Source of the DNA: Candidatus Eiseniibacteriota bacterium
GTDB lineage: Bacteria; Eisenbacteria; RBG-16-71-46
Direction: 5' to 3'
Length of the DNA: 64,000 nt
NCBI GenBank assembly: GCA_041483195.1
Contig: JBGPFC010000016.1
Span: 1 to 64,000 of the forward strand
Shown: piece after piece, positions 1 through 9,573 of the stretch
Layout of the letters: each line of letters begins with the position of its first letter
Numbering within the stretch: the stretch's first letter is position 1
The notes under the pieces: generated by a model
What the model was told of the DNA's origin: nothing
Databases searched by the model: none
The model's input: the letters and a program-made list of their open reading frames with translations, nothing else
Translations under genes and position numbers: made by a program

Positions 1-381
1 AGCCTCTCGACTGCTGCCTCCCGTAGGAGTCTGGGCCGTATCTCAGTCCCAGTGTGGCTGACCATCCTCTCAGACCAGCTACCCATCGTCGCCTTGGTGG
101 TCTTTTACACCGCCAACTAGCTAATGGGACGCGAAGCCATCTTCAACCGGTAGCTTGCAAGCAGAGGCCACCTTTGACCTCGGAATCATGCGAATCCGTG
201 GTCTCATGCGGTATTAGCACCCCGTTGGGAGTGTTATCCCCCTGTTGAAGGCAGGTTCTTCACGCGTTACTCACCCGTTCGCCACTCTACTAGAGGGGTT
301 GCCCCCTCTTTCGCGTTCGACTTGCATGCCTAATCCACGCCGCCAGCGTTCGTTCTGAGCCAGGATCAAACTCTCCGTGGT
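1..381 (-). rRNA. rrs: 16S rRNA, 5' portion (runs off the window start)
   Basis: Reverse complement of the 27F site (AGAGTTTGATCCTGGCTCAG) at 355-374; EUB338 sequence GCTGCCTCCCGTAGGAGT at 13-30. The 5' end is placed about 7 nt beyond the 27F site and is approximate. Confidence 0.98.
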
Positions 382-511
382 AAAACTCGGAGATCATGCG
401 AGCAGGCCGAGGCCTACCCGCATGGATCGATTGCAAGGAATTGAACCAACCAACACGCGAGCATCCGCGTGCGATCGGGACCTCGCGCGGGCATTCAGAA
501 TCTCGTGCGCT

Positions 512-529
512 ATTCAGTTTTCAATGAGC
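512..529 (-). promoter_or_regulatory. boxA-like rrn leader antitermination element
   Basis: Minus strand reads GCTCATTGAAAACTGAAT between the promoters and 16S, resembling the (T)GCTCTTTGAAAA-type boxA. Confidence 0.6.
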
Positions 530-571
530 GGAGATGCGAGCGCCCTCTCCTCGCGGAAAAGGCGGACGCGG

Positions 572-601
572 AATCTAGTCTTTGATCGGTAGGATTGTCA
601 A
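572..601 (-). promoter_or_regulatory. rrn P2 sigma70-type promoter
   Basis: TTGACA (601-596) - 18 nt - TAGATT (577-572), pointing to 16S. Confidence 0.8.
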
Positions 602-646
602 ACTAGATTTTGTTCCGGAGGGGTAATTCTTCCCTGCGGCAACCGC

Positions 647-675
647 AATATAGGCGTGACCCGCGCGGCTGTCAA
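647..675 (-). promoter_or_regulatory. rrn P1 sigma70-type promoter
   Basis: TTGACA (675-670) - 17 nt - TATATT (652-647), tandem with P2. Confidence 0.85.
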
Positions 676-777
676 CCCCCGCCCCCAAGACTGCCAAAGG
701 GCTGGGACCCAAGCCTTTACGCCTCCCGATCCGGCCCCGGCGCAAGCACCGGGCGGGAAGGCGCCGCGCCTCAGTCT

Positions 778-2001
778 TTAGTTCTCGGGTTCGACGCGAA
801 CCATCCGGCGGCCCAGTCGGAGCACGAAAGGACTCGTGACGCGTTGAACGTGCAGGCGATCCGTCACGCGTGCGCCGTCGATGCTCACCGCGCCCTGCTC
901 GACCGCACGCCACGCGGCGCTCCCCGACACCGCGAGGCCGGTGGTGACGAGCAGATCCTTGATGCCGACCTCCCCGGCCCGCACCCGCTTGACCGGCAGA
1001 TCCGCGGGGATCTCGCGCCGGCTGAATTGTGCCTCGAAATCGGCTTGCGCGCGCCGCGCGGCATCGTCGCCGTGATACATGCGCACCAGCCGCGACGCGA
1101 GGCGCTTCTTCACGACCATGGGATTCACGGACGGATCCGCCAGCTCGCGCGTCACGGTCGCGAGTTCCTCGTCAGAGGCGTCGGTGCCGAGCCGCCAGAA
1201 CAACGGCATCGCGCGGTCGGGGAGGCTCATGACCTTTCCGAACATCTCGCCGGGAATGTCGGCGACGCCGATGTAGTTTCCGAGACTCTTGCTCATGCGC
1301 TGAACGCCGTCGAGCCCGGGCAGCAGCGGCAGCGTCATCACGATCTGGGGCGGCTGGCCATCGACTTCCTGCAGCACGCGTCCGACCAGCAGATTGAATT
1401 TTTGATCGGTGCCGCCCAGCTCGAGATCGGCGCGAATCGCCACCGAGTCGTGTCCCTGCATGAGCGGATACATGAGCTCGTGCACGCTGATCGGCTGCTG
1501 GGCCGAGAAGCGCTTCGCGAAGTCGTCGCGCTCGAGCAGACGCGCCACCGTGTACCGCGACGCGAGCCGGAGCACCTCCATGAACGACATGCGCGCGAAC
1601 CACTCGCCGTTTCGATGGACTTCGACCGGCAGCCTCGGCGAAGCCGGCCTGGGATCCAGCACGCGGTAGAATTGATCGAGGTAGGTGCGGGCGTTGGCGT
1701 CGATCTCATCGCGGGACAATTGGGGCCGGGTCTTGCTGAGCCCGCTCGGGTCTCCCACCATGCCGGTGTAGTCGCCGACGATGAGCACGACCTGGTGTCC
1801 GAGATCCTGGAACTGGCGCAGCTTTCGCAGCCCCACGGCGTGTCCGACGTGGATGTCCGGCGCGGTCGGATCGAAGCCCTGCTTGATTCGCAGCGGGCGA
1901 CCCTCCCGGGCCGACGCGCGAAGTCGCTCGAGCAATCCGCCGTCCGGGAGAATCTCCTCGGTGCCACGGCGAAGCAGTTCGAATTGGGCTTCGGGAGTCA
2001 T
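778..2001 (-). CDS. tyrS: Tyrosine--tRNA ligase
   Basis: GFDPTAPDIHVGH (HIGH), YPLMQGHD, GGTDQKFN, RMSKS (KMSKS) and a C-terminal S4-like domain. Confidence 0.97.
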   Translation of the reverse strand: MTPEAQFELLRRGTEEILPDGGLLERLRASAREGRPLRIKQGFDPTAPDIHVGHAVGLRKLRQFQDLGHQVVLIVGDYTGMVGDPSGLSKTRPQLSRDEIDANARTYLDQFYRVLDPRPASPRLPVEVHRNGEWFARMSFMEVLRLASRYTVARLLERDDFAKRFSAQQPISVHELMYPLMQGHDSVAIRADLELGGTDQKFNLLVGRVLQEVDGQPPQIVMTLPLLPGLDGVQRMSKSLGNYIGVADIPGEMFGKVMSLPDRAMPLFWRLGTDASDEELATVTRELADPSVNPMVVKKRLASRLVRMYHGDDAARRAQADFEAQFSRREIPADLPVKRVRAGEVGIKDLLVTTGLAVSGSAAWRAVEQGAVSIDGARVTDRLHVQRVTSPFVLRLGRRMVRVEPEN

Positions 2002-2045
2002 TGGACCTCGCTGTCCGCAGGGCGATGCAGGTGAAGGAACGGCGG

Positions 2046-2074
2046 ATTCTAGGCCGGGACAGCAGGGGCGGCAA
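2046..2074 (-). promoter_or_regulatory. Putative sigma70 promoter of tyrS
   Basis: TTGCCG - 17 nt - TAGAAT on the minus strand. Confidence 0.55.
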
Positions 2075-2095
2075 CTCGCGCGCGGGGAACCGCGC

Positions 2096-2125
2096 TTGAC
2101 CTCATTCCCCGCACCCGCCTACGCT
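2096..2125 (+). promoter_or_regulatory. Putative sigma70 promoter of the class A PBP gene
   Basis: TTGACC - 18 nt - TACGCT. Confidence 0.5.
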
Positions 2126-2162
2126 CGCGGTCCGGAAGGAGAACCTCGATCCCCTGGACCCC

Positions 2163-4322
2163 ATGCGCAACATCGCCGTCCGCGCCGCGATCCGGTTTCC
2201 GTGGAAGCTGTTCTTCGTGCTGGTCGTGGTCGCGGTATTCGGCTCGGCCGGCGCCGTGTTCGGAATCGTGCGCTGGCTCGGACGCGACCTGCCGACGCCG
2301 GAGCAGCTCACGGCGCTCCAGGCCCCCGTCAAGACGCTGGTTTACGACTCGCGCGGCCGGGTGCTCCACGAGTTCTTCAAGGAGAACCGCTCCCCGGTTC
2401 CGCTGAAGCAGATCCCGCGCAACCTCGTGAACGCCACGCTCTCCACCGAGGACCGGAATTTCTACCACCACTGGGGCGTGGATCTCTGGGGCGTGGGGCG
2501 CGCGGCATTGACCAACGTTCTCAAGATGCGCAAGGCGGAGGGCGGCAGCACCATCACCCAGCAGCTCGCGCGCAATCTCTTTCTGACGCACGAGCGGACC
2601 ATCACGCGCAAGCTCAAGGAAATCGCGCTCGCGGTCGAGATCGAGCGCAATTACTCGAAGGACCAGATTCTCGAAATGTACTTCAACCAGATCTACTTCG
2701 GCGAGGGCGCGTACGGCGTGGACGCGGCGGCGAAGACCTACTTCGCGAAGCCGGTGCGCGAGCTCACGCTGTCGGAGTGCGCGCTGCTCGCCGGCCTCCC
2801 GGCCAATCCCAGCCTCTACTCGCCGCGCCGGCGCCCGGCCGCGGCCCGTGCTCGCCGCGACAAGGTGCTGCGCAACATGCTCGTGACCCACGCCATCACG
2901 CAGGTGGAGTTCGACAACGCGGACGGCGCGCCGCTGGGGGTGACCCCGGTGCGCTACAACAACGATCGCGCGCCCTATTTCGTCGAGATGGTGCGTCTCC
3001 ACCTCGACGAGCGCTACGGCTCGAACGCCGTTTACGAGGGCGGCCTCAGGGTCTATACGACGCTCGACATGGATCTCCAGCAGATCGGAGAGCGCGCGCT
3101 CGAGAAACAGCTGACGGCCCTCGAGGCGGAGCTCAAGCTCAAGGACACCCGGACCGGCTACGTGCTCCCGGCGTCGGAGGCGGCGCGCGCCGGGGAGCGC
3201 ACGCCTTATCTCCAGGGCGCGCTCGTCGCCATCGATCCTCACAACGGCGCGATCCGCGCGCTGATCGGCGGTCGCGACTGGATGCACAGCAACTTCAACC
3301 GCGCGACCCAGGCGCGCCGCCAGTCCGGCTCGGCGTTCAAGCCATTCGTGTACACCGCCGCGATCGACAACGGCTTCCATCCCACCGACATCATCGTCGA
3401 CGAGCCGGTCGCGTTCCCGGGCGGCGACGGCAAGCTCTATCAGCCCGGGAACTACGATCGCACGTTTCGCGGACCGGTGACGTTGCGCTATGCGCTCCAG
3501 CAGTCCATCAACATCCCGGCGATCAAGCTGCTGCGCAAGGTCGGGACCTCGATGGTGTCCTCCTACGCGAGGCGCATGGGAATCAAGAGCCCGATCGGGC
3601 AGAACCTCTCGATGGCGCTGGGAACCAGCGAGGTGACGCTGTTGGAGCTCACCTCGGCCTACGCGGTGCTCGCGAACCGCGGCATCCGGACCGAGCCGCT
3701 GTTCATTCTCAAGGTCGAGGACAAGAACGGAAACGTGCTCGAGAAGAACGCGCCGCGCCCAGTCGAGGTGCTCTCCGAAGAAACGGCGGCGGTGATGACA
3801 TCGATGCTCCAGAGCGTGATGGACCACGGCACCGGCTACCCGGCCCGGCAGCGCGGGTTCATGAACCCCGCTGCGGGAAAGACCGGCACCATGGACGACT
3901 ACATGGACGCGTGGTTCGTGGGGTATGTCCCGAGCATCACCTGCGGGGTGTGGGTGGGCTTCGACCAGAAGAAGACCATCGGGCCGAGCATGACCGGCGC
4001 GCGCGCGGCGCTCCCGATCTGGGCCGATTTCATGATCGGCGCGACCCTCGGCCGGCCGGCCGAGGATTTTCAGGCCCCCGCCGGCACCACCACGCGCCAG
4101 GTGTGCGCCGAGACCGGCATGCTGGCGACCGATCGCTGCCCCAGCGTGACGAGCGAATTCTTCATGGACGGCTCGGAGCCCAGCGAGTACTGCACGGCCC
4201 ACCCGGGCGCACCGCTCCAGCCGATGGCACCCGTCGCTCCGCCGCCCGACGAGAAGCCGAACCTGCGCGAGATGGACCGCAACGACCGGGCGCGGGCCCG
4301 CGAGAAGATCCACACCTGGTGA
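2163..4322 (+). CDS. Class A penicillin-binding protein (PBP1A family, transglycosylase/transpeptidase)
   Basis: N-terminal TM anchor; GT51 motifs EDRNFYHHWG, GGSTITQQLARN, RKLKE; transpeptidase SAFK (SxxK), SIN (SxN) and KTGT. Confidence 0.95.
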   Translation: MRNIAVRAAIRFPWKLFFVLVVVAVFGSAGAVFGIVRWLGRDLPTPEQLTALQAPVKTLVYDSRGRVLHEFFKENRSPVPLKQIPRNLVNATLSTEDRNFYHHWGVDLWGVGRAALTNVLKMRKAEGGSTITQQLARNLFLTHERTITRKLKEIALAVEIERNYSKDQILEMYFNQIYFGEGAYGVDAAAKTYFAKPVRELTLSECALLAGLPANPSLYSPRRRPAAARARRDKVLRNMLVTHAITQVEFDNADGAPLGVTPVRYNNDRAPYFVEMVRLHLDERYGSNAVYEGGLRVYTTLDMDLQQIGERALEKQLTALEAELKLKDTRTGYVLPASEAARAGERTPYLQGALVAIDPHNGAIRALIGGRDWMHSNFNRATQARRQSGSAFKPFVYTAAIDNGFHPTDIIVDEPVAFPGGDGKLYQPGNYDRTFRGPVTLRYALQQSINIPAIKLLRKVGTSMVSSYARRMGIKSPIGQNLSMALGTSEVTLLELTSAYAVLANRGIRTEPLFILKVEDKNGNVLEKNAPRPVEVLSEETAAVMTSMLQSVMDHGTGYPARQRGFMNPAAGKTGTMDDYMDAWFVGYVPSITCGVWVGFDQKKTIGPSMTGARAALPIWADFMIGATLGRPAEDFQAPAGTTTRQVCAETGMLATDRCPSVTSEFFMDGSEPSEYCTAHPGAPLQPMAPVAPPPDEKPNLREMDRNDRARAREKIHTW

Positions 4323-4407
4323 GGACGGGACGCGCCGGCTCGCGCGCGGCGCGAACGCGCCCCGCCTCATGCCCCGCGCGCGACCAGACCGACCACGCGC
4401 CCCCGCC

Positions 4408-5658
4408 GTGATCCCGTTCGCGCCGCCGGATCGCGCGCAATCGGCCGCCGTGATCTTCGCCCTCACTTACGCGGTGCTGGGCTTCGGAGCGCTGCGGCCG
4501 CTTCGGCTCGACCGCGCCGGAGCGACCCTGGTCGGGGCCACCGCCATGCTCGGCCTCGGCGTCCTCACCCCGCGAGAGGCGGTGGCCGCCATCGATTTTC
4601 ACACGCTCGCGTTGTTGTTCGGCATGATGATCGTGGTCGCGCACCTGCGGCTCGCCGGGTTCTTCCGCTGGCTGGGCGCATGCGCCCTGCGCTGGGCGCA
4701 CGCGCCTCGCGCGCTCCTCACCCTCGTCGTGTTTCTCTCCGGCACGCTCTCGGCGCTGTTCGTGAACGATACCGTGTGCCTGCTGCTGACACCGCTGGTG
4801 CTCGACACCGCCCTCGCCCTCGGGCTCGACGCCACGCCGTTCCTGCTCGCGGTCGCGATGGGCTCCAACGCCGGGAGCGTCGCGACGGTGGTGGGCAACC
4901 CCCAGAACATGCTGATCGCGAGCCACTCGGGAATCTCCTACGCGCGCTTCGCGCTGTACCTCGCCCCGGTCGCGATCGTGGCCCTCGGGATGACGAGCGT
5001 GATGCTCCTGATCGCCTTCCGGCGCCCGCTGAGCCTCGCGACCCCCCTCGCGGTTTCCGGGCCGGCGGCGCCCATTCCACACCGCGGCCTGCTGGTGAAA
5101 TCGCTGGCCGTGACCGCGTTGCTGCTCGCAGCGCTCGTCGCCGGCGTCACTCCGGGCCTCGCGGCGCTGGGCGCGGCATCGGCGCTCCTCGTCACGCGCC
5201 GCGTGAAGCCGGCCAAGGTATACGCGCACATCGACTGGGCCCTGCTCGTCATGTTCGCCGGGCTGTTCGTGGTGGTCGCGGGCATCGAGCGAGCGGGGCT
5301 GCCCGCACGATGGATCGGTGCGCTCGGCCCGGCGGGACGTCATTCGATCCCCGCGTTCGCGGCGGTCGCGGCGATCACGAGCAATCTGGTCAGCAACGTC
5401 CCGGCGGTGCTGTTGCTTCGCACCTGGGCGGCCCACTTCGCGAGCCCCGAGCGCGCCTGGTTGACGCTCGCGATGGCGAGCACGCTGGCGGGCAACCTCA
5501 CGCTGGTGGGCTCCGTCGCGAATCTGATCGTCGTCGAGCAGGCGCGGGGCCGCTGCCCCGTGAGCTTCTGGACCTACGCGCGGGTCGGGGTGCCGGTCAC
5601 GCTCGTGACGCTCGCGCTCGGGACGGCGTGGCTGATGTGGATGGGGCCGCGCGGCTGA
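4408..5658 (+). CDS. ArsB/NhaD (ion transporter superfamily) anion permease
   Basis: Highly hydrophobic; motifs LSALFVND, SNAGSVATVVGNPQN, SNLVSNVPAV, STLAGNLTLVGSVANLIV. Start uncertain (GTG 4408 or ATG 4369). Confidence 0.85.
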   Translation: MIPFAPPDRAQSAAVIFALTYAVLGFGALRPLRLDRAGATLVGATAMLGLGVLTPREAVAAIDFHTLALLFGMMIVVAHLRLAGFFRWLGACALRWAHAPRALLTLVVFLSGTLSALFVNDTVCLLLTPLVLDTALALGLDATPFLLAVAMGSNAGSVATVVGNPQNMLIASHSGISYARFALYLAPVAIVALGMTSVMLLIAFRRPLSLATPLAVSGPAAPIPHRGLLVKSLAVTALLLAALVAGVTPGLAALGAASALLVTRRVKPAKVYAHIDWALLVMFAGLFVVVAGIERAGLPARWIGALGPAGRHSIPAFAAVAAITSNLVSNVPAVLLLRTWAAHFASPERAWLTLAMASTLAGNLTLVGSVANLIVVEQARGRCPVSFWTYARVGVPVTLVTLALGTAWLMWMGPRG

Positions 5659-5691
5659 GCGACTGCCCCCGTGCGGCGCCGCGGGCGTGCC

Positions 5692-6993
5692 TCACTCGAT
5701 GCGCTCGATCACCAGCGGCGGGGCGGGGATCGCGACGTCCGCGATCCGGAAGCAGCCCGCCGCACGCGCGATGACCCCGGGATTCGGCGCGGCGAGATGA
5801 AGCCGCGCGAGCGCATCGCCACGCGTGATCCGCGCGCCGAGGCGGCGCTCGATGACGAGCCCGACGCGCGGATCGATCGCGTCCTCCTTCGCGCGGCGTC
5901 CGCCGCCGATCGCGACCACCAGCTCGCCGAGGCCGTAGGTGTCGGCGGCCACGAGCCATCCGTCTCGATCGGCGAGCACGTCCGCGACGTGGGGCGCGCT
6001 CGGGAGACCGTCTTCGCGCTCGACGCTGCGCGGGTCGCCCCCCTGCGCTTCGACCATTGCGAGAAATCGCTCCCACGCCGTGCCGCGTTCGAGCGCGCGT
6101 TCCGCGAGCCTCCGGCCCGCCGCGAGGTCCGCTTCGGCCCCGGCGAGCACCAGCATGGTGGCCGCGAGCTCGAGCGTGAGCTCGCGCACGTCGGAGGGCC
6201 CCCGGCCGCGCAGCACGTCGGCGGATTCGCGCACTTCGAGCGTGTTCCCCGCCGTCCGGCCGAGCGGCTGGCTCATGTCGGTGATGAGCGCGGCGGCCCG
6301 CGCCCCCAGGGACCCGGAGGTGGCCACCAGGCGCCGGGCCAGCGAGCGCGCGGCGTCCGGCGTCTTCATGAACGCGCCGCTCCCGCACTTCACGTCGTAG
6401 GCGATGGCCTTCGCGCCCTCCGCGATCTTCTTGCTGACGATGCTCGCGACGATGAACGGCTCGTACTCCACCGTGGAGGTCACGTCGCGGAGCGCGTACA
6501 GCTTACCGTCGGCCGGGCAGAGGTCGGGGCCCTGTCCCACCATGACGACGCCCAGCCGGTCGAGCTGCGAGCGCATCGCCTCGGGCGTGAGCCTCGTGCG
6601 GAATCCGGGGATCGCCTCGAGCTTGTCGAGCGTGCCGCCGGTGTGGCCCAGGCCGCGGCCCGAGACCATCGGCACCAGGACGCCGCAGGCCGCGACCAGC
6701 GGCGCGAGGATCAACGAGACCTTGTCCCCGACGCCCCCTGTCGAGTGCTTGTCCGCGGTGGGGCGGCCCAGGTCGCTCCAGTCGAAAGCGCGGCCGGATT
6801 CGAGCGACGCCCGCGTGAGCGCGTCGGTCTCCGCGGCATCGAGGCCGCGAAGGAATGCCGCCATCAGCCACGCGCTGGCCTGGTAGTCGGGAACATCGCC
6901 GCGCGTGTAGGCCGCGATGAACGCCCGGAGCGCGTCGGGGCGATGGGAGCGGCCGTCGCGCTTCTCCCGGATGAGCTCGCGCGGATCGAGCAC
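5692..6993 (-). CDS. pdp: Pyrimidine-nucleoside/thymidine phosphorylase
   Basis: IREKRDG, DYQASAWLMA, DKHSTGGVGDK, SGRGLGHTGGTLDKLE, SIVSKKIAEG; GTG start just after the deoC stop. Confidence 0.93.
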   Translation of the reverse strand: MLDPRELIREKRDGRSHRPDALRAFIAAYTRGDVPDYQASAWLMAAFLRGLDAAETDALTRASLESGRAFDWSDLGRPTADKHSTGGVGDKVSLILAPLVAACGVLVPMVSGRGLGHTGGTLDKLEAIPGFRTRLTPEAMRSQLDRLGVVMVGQGPDLCPADGKLYALRDVTSTVEYEPFIVASIVSKKIAEGAKAIAYDVKCGSGAFMKTPDAARSLARRLVATSGSLGARAAALITDMSQPLGRTAGNTLEVRESADVLRGRGPSDVRELTLELAATMLVLAGAEADLAAGRRLAERALERGTAWERFLAMVEAQGGDPRSVEREDGLPSAPHVADVLADRDGWLVAADTYGLGELVVAIGGGRRAKEDAIDPRVGLVIERRLGARITRGDALARLHLAAPNPGVIARAAGCFRIADVAIPAPPLVIERIE

Positions 6994-6998
6994 CGGCC

Positions 6999-7949
6999 TC
7001 AGTAGCCTTTCTTCCCGGCGGCCTCGCCGCGCACGATCTTGATGCCGGCGGAGGCTCCGATGCGCGTCGCGCCGGCCGCGACCATGGCCTCGACGTCTTC
7101 CTTGGTGCGCACGCCGCCCGAAGCCTTGACGCCCATTTCCGGCCCCACCGTCTCGCGCATGAGCTCGATGTCCTCGACCGTCGCGCCGCCGCCGCCGAAC
7201 CCGGTCGATGTCTTCACGAAATCCGCGCCGGCGGCCTTGGCGAGCGAGCATCCCATGATCTTCTCGTCACGCGTGAGCATCGCCGTCTCGAGGATGACCT
7301 TGACCACGGTGTCCTTTCCCGAGGCCTGCACCACGCCGTGGATGTCCTGCTCGACCAGCGCGTAGTCCTTGGACTTGAGCGCGCCGATGTTGATCACCAT
7401 GTCCACTTCCTCGGCGCCCTGCTCGACGGCGCGCCGCGTCTCGAACGCCTTGACGTCCGGCATGTGCGTGCCGAACGGAAACCCGATGACGGTGCAGACC
7501 TTGACCCCGCTCCCGCGCAGCAGATCGCGGCAGAGCGGCACCCAGCTCGGATTCACGCACACCGACGCGAAGCAGAACTGCGCGGCCTCGCGGCACAACT
7601 GCTCGATGTCGCCCCGCACCGCATCGGGCTTGAGCAGCGTGTGATCGATGAGCGAGGCGAGGCCGTCGGATGCCGGGCAGTAGCCCATGGTGGTCACGAC
7701 GCGCGAGGCGCCGGCGGCGTGGAGCGCGCGAGTTTCCTCCGGGTCGCGCGAGCCCGAGACGCTGAACATCTTGAGCCGCTGGGCGGTCTCGGCGTCGTGC
7801 GCGATCGGCGGTGCCGGCCGCGAGGCGCCCGGCTCGGCCACCCCCTGCGGGATGCGTTCCGCGACGGCCGGCGGTCCGGTGGCGGCCCCCAGGTGCTCCA
7901 TCACCTTGCGCGTGATCGCATCGACCAGCTCGTCGCGCTCGCGGCTCAT
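6999..7949 (-). CDS. deoC: Deoxyribose-phosphate aldolase with a ~96-aa N-terminal extension
   Basis: [61 protein letters not shown] upstream of an ATG that overlaps the cdd stop. Confidence 0.95.
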   Translation of the reverse strand: MSRERDELVDAITRKVMEHLGAATGPPAVAERIPQGVAEPGASRPAPPIAHDAETAQRLKMFSVSGSRDPEETRALHAAGASRVVTTMGYCPASDGLASLIDHTLLKPDAVRGDIEQLCREAAQFCFASVCVNPSWVPLCRDLLRGSGVKVCTVIGFPFGTHMPDVKAFETRRAVEQGAEEVDMVINIGALKSKDYALVEQDIHGVVQASGKDTVVKVILETAMLTRDEKIMGCSLAKAAGADFVKTSTGFGGGGATVEDIELMRETVGPEMGVKASGGVRTKEDVEAMVAAGATRIGASAGIKIVRGEAAGKKGY

Positions 7950-8407
7950 CGTGCCTTCCTCCCCGGATACTTGAAGGGCTGCTGCAGGAGCCGCGCGAGC
8001 TTCGCCCGCGCGATGCGGCCGCGCGGGTCGCGCCAGTACACGACCAGGCCGGGCGCGAACTCGTGCAGCACCTGGCGGCACGCCCCGCATGGCGAGGCGC
8101 CGCCGTCGCGTCCCGCGGTCACGGCGACCGCGACGAAATCGCGCTCGCCTTCGCCGATCGCCTTCCAGATCGCGTTCCGCTCGGCGCAGATCGAGAGCCC
8201 GAACGACGCGTTCTCGACGTTGCAGCCGTGGATGACGCGCCCCTCCCGGGTGAGCAGCGCCGCACCCACCATGAAGCGTGAATAGGGCGCGTACGCGTGC
8301 GTGCGCGCGATCTCGGCCTCGGCCAGCAGCCGCGCGGGCGAGAATGCCGTTCGCGGCGCGCCCCGCGGAAGGGTGATGCCGCGAGGCCCGCCGCGGCGCG
8401 CGCTCAC
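7946..8407 (-). CDS. cdd: Cytidine deaminase
   Basis: [23 protein letters not shown] and PCGACRQ zinc motifs; GTG start overlaps the deoB stop (GTGA). Confidence 0.93.
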   Translation of the reverse strand: MSARRGGPRGITLPRGAPRTAFSPARLLAEAEIARTHAYAPYSRFMVGAALLTREGRVIHGCNVENASFGLSICAERNAIWKAIGEGERDFVAVAVTAGRDGGASPCGACRQVLHEFAPGLVVYWRDPRGRIARAKLARLLQQPFKYPGRKAR

Positions 8408-9570
8408 GTCCGCATCTCGCGCAGGAAGCTGCGCCCGGCGACCGGCCCCGGGAGCCCGAACAGCTCGGCCAGGGTCGCGGCAACGTCCGCGAAGGTGTCG
8501 CGCGTTCCGAGGTCCACGCCCGCCTTCACGCGCGGCCCCGCGACCAGCAGCGGCGTGTACTCGCGCGTGTGGTCGGTGCCGGGCGTGGTCGGATCGTTGC
8601 CGTGGTCCGCCGTGATCAGGCACATCTCGTCGCTCCTCAGGTGGGCCAGAATTTCCTCGAGGCGCTGGTCGAACTGCTCGAGCGCCCGCGCGAAGCCGAT
8701 GGGATCGTTGCGATGGCCGTACTGCTGGTCGAAATCCACGAGGTTCGCGAACACCAGCCCTTCCCCGCGCGACCGCGCCAGCTCGACCAGCACCGCCTCG
8801 CCCTCCGCGTTGCTCTTGGTGTGAATGGCCTCGCTCACCCCGCGCCCCGCGAACAGATCGTCCACCTTGCCCACCGCGACGACGCGCGACCCGCGCTCGA
8901 GCATGCGGTCGAGCAGCGTGCCGTCGGGCGGCGCGAGCGAGAAGTCGCGCCGGTTCGCCGTGCGCCGGTAGTCTCCGTCGCCCCCGAGGAAGGGCCGCGC
9001 GATGACGCGTCCCACCGCGTGCTCGCCCTGCAGGAGCTCGCGGGCGACGCGACACGCCGCGTACAGCTCATCGAGCGGGACCGTGCCCTCATGAGCCGCG
9101 ACCTGGAACACGCTGTCGGCCGAAGTGTACACGATGAACCGCCGCGAACGCTGGTGCTCCGCCCCGAAGCGCGCGATCACATCGGTACCGGAGCCCACGA
9201 CGTTCGCCATCCAGCCGCGCCCCACGCGCTCGCCCCACCGGTCGAGCAACTCCTGCGGGAACCCGTTCGGATAGGTCGGAAACGGCCGCTCGACCACGAC
9301 GCCGGCGAGCTCCCAATGGCCGGTGGTGCTGTCCTTGCCCTTCGAGCGCTCCGCCAGCCGCCCGCGCGCGCCGCGCGGGCCCGCCACGGCGCGCACGCCG
9401 GGCAGCGCGAGCAGGCATCCGAGCCCGAGCGATTGGAGGCACGGCAGCTTGAGGCCCGCGACCGCCTGAGCGACGTGCAGCAGCGTGTGACTGCCGCGAT
9501 CGCCGTACTCCGCCGCGTCGGGCAGCTCGCCGATGCCGACGCCGTCGAGCACGATGAGAAAGGCGCGCAT
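8404..9570 (-). CDS. deoB: Phosphopentomutase
   Basis: [60 protein letters not shown]. Confidence 0.96.
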   Translation of the reverse strand: MRAFLIVLDGVGIGELPDAAEYGDRGSHTLLHVAQAVAGLKLPCLQSLGLGCLLALPGVRAVAGPRGARGRLAERSKGKDSTTGHWELAGVVVERPFPTYPNGFPQELLDRWGERVGRGWMANVVGSGTDVIARFGAEHQRSRRFIVYTSADSVFQVAAHEGTVPLDELYAACRVARELLQGEHAVGRVIARPFLGGDGDYRRTANRRDFSLAPPDGTLLDRMLERGSRVVAVGKVDDLFAGRGVSEAIHTKSNAEGEAVLVELARSRGEGLVFANLVDFDQQYGHRNDPIGFARALEQFDQRLEEILAHLRSDEMCLITADHGNDPTTPGTDHTREYTPLLVAGPRVKAGVDLGTRDTFADVAATLAELFGLPGPVAGRSFLREMRT

Positions 9571-9573
9571 CGC

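Noticed and set aside
54..592. Small ORFs over the 16S gene and its leader
   Set aside because: They lie antisense to rRNA and leader sequence.
572..2001. tyrS next to an rrn operon with tandem promoters
   Set aside because: This is a common arrangement in bacteria and not novel.
610..2034. Long antisense and alternate-frame ORFs across the window (for example 610-2034, 1781-4411, 16387-19026, 45256-48267)
   Set aside because: These are Arg/Ala/Gly/Pro-rich shadows of well-supported genes, expected at this GC content, and carry no family motifs.
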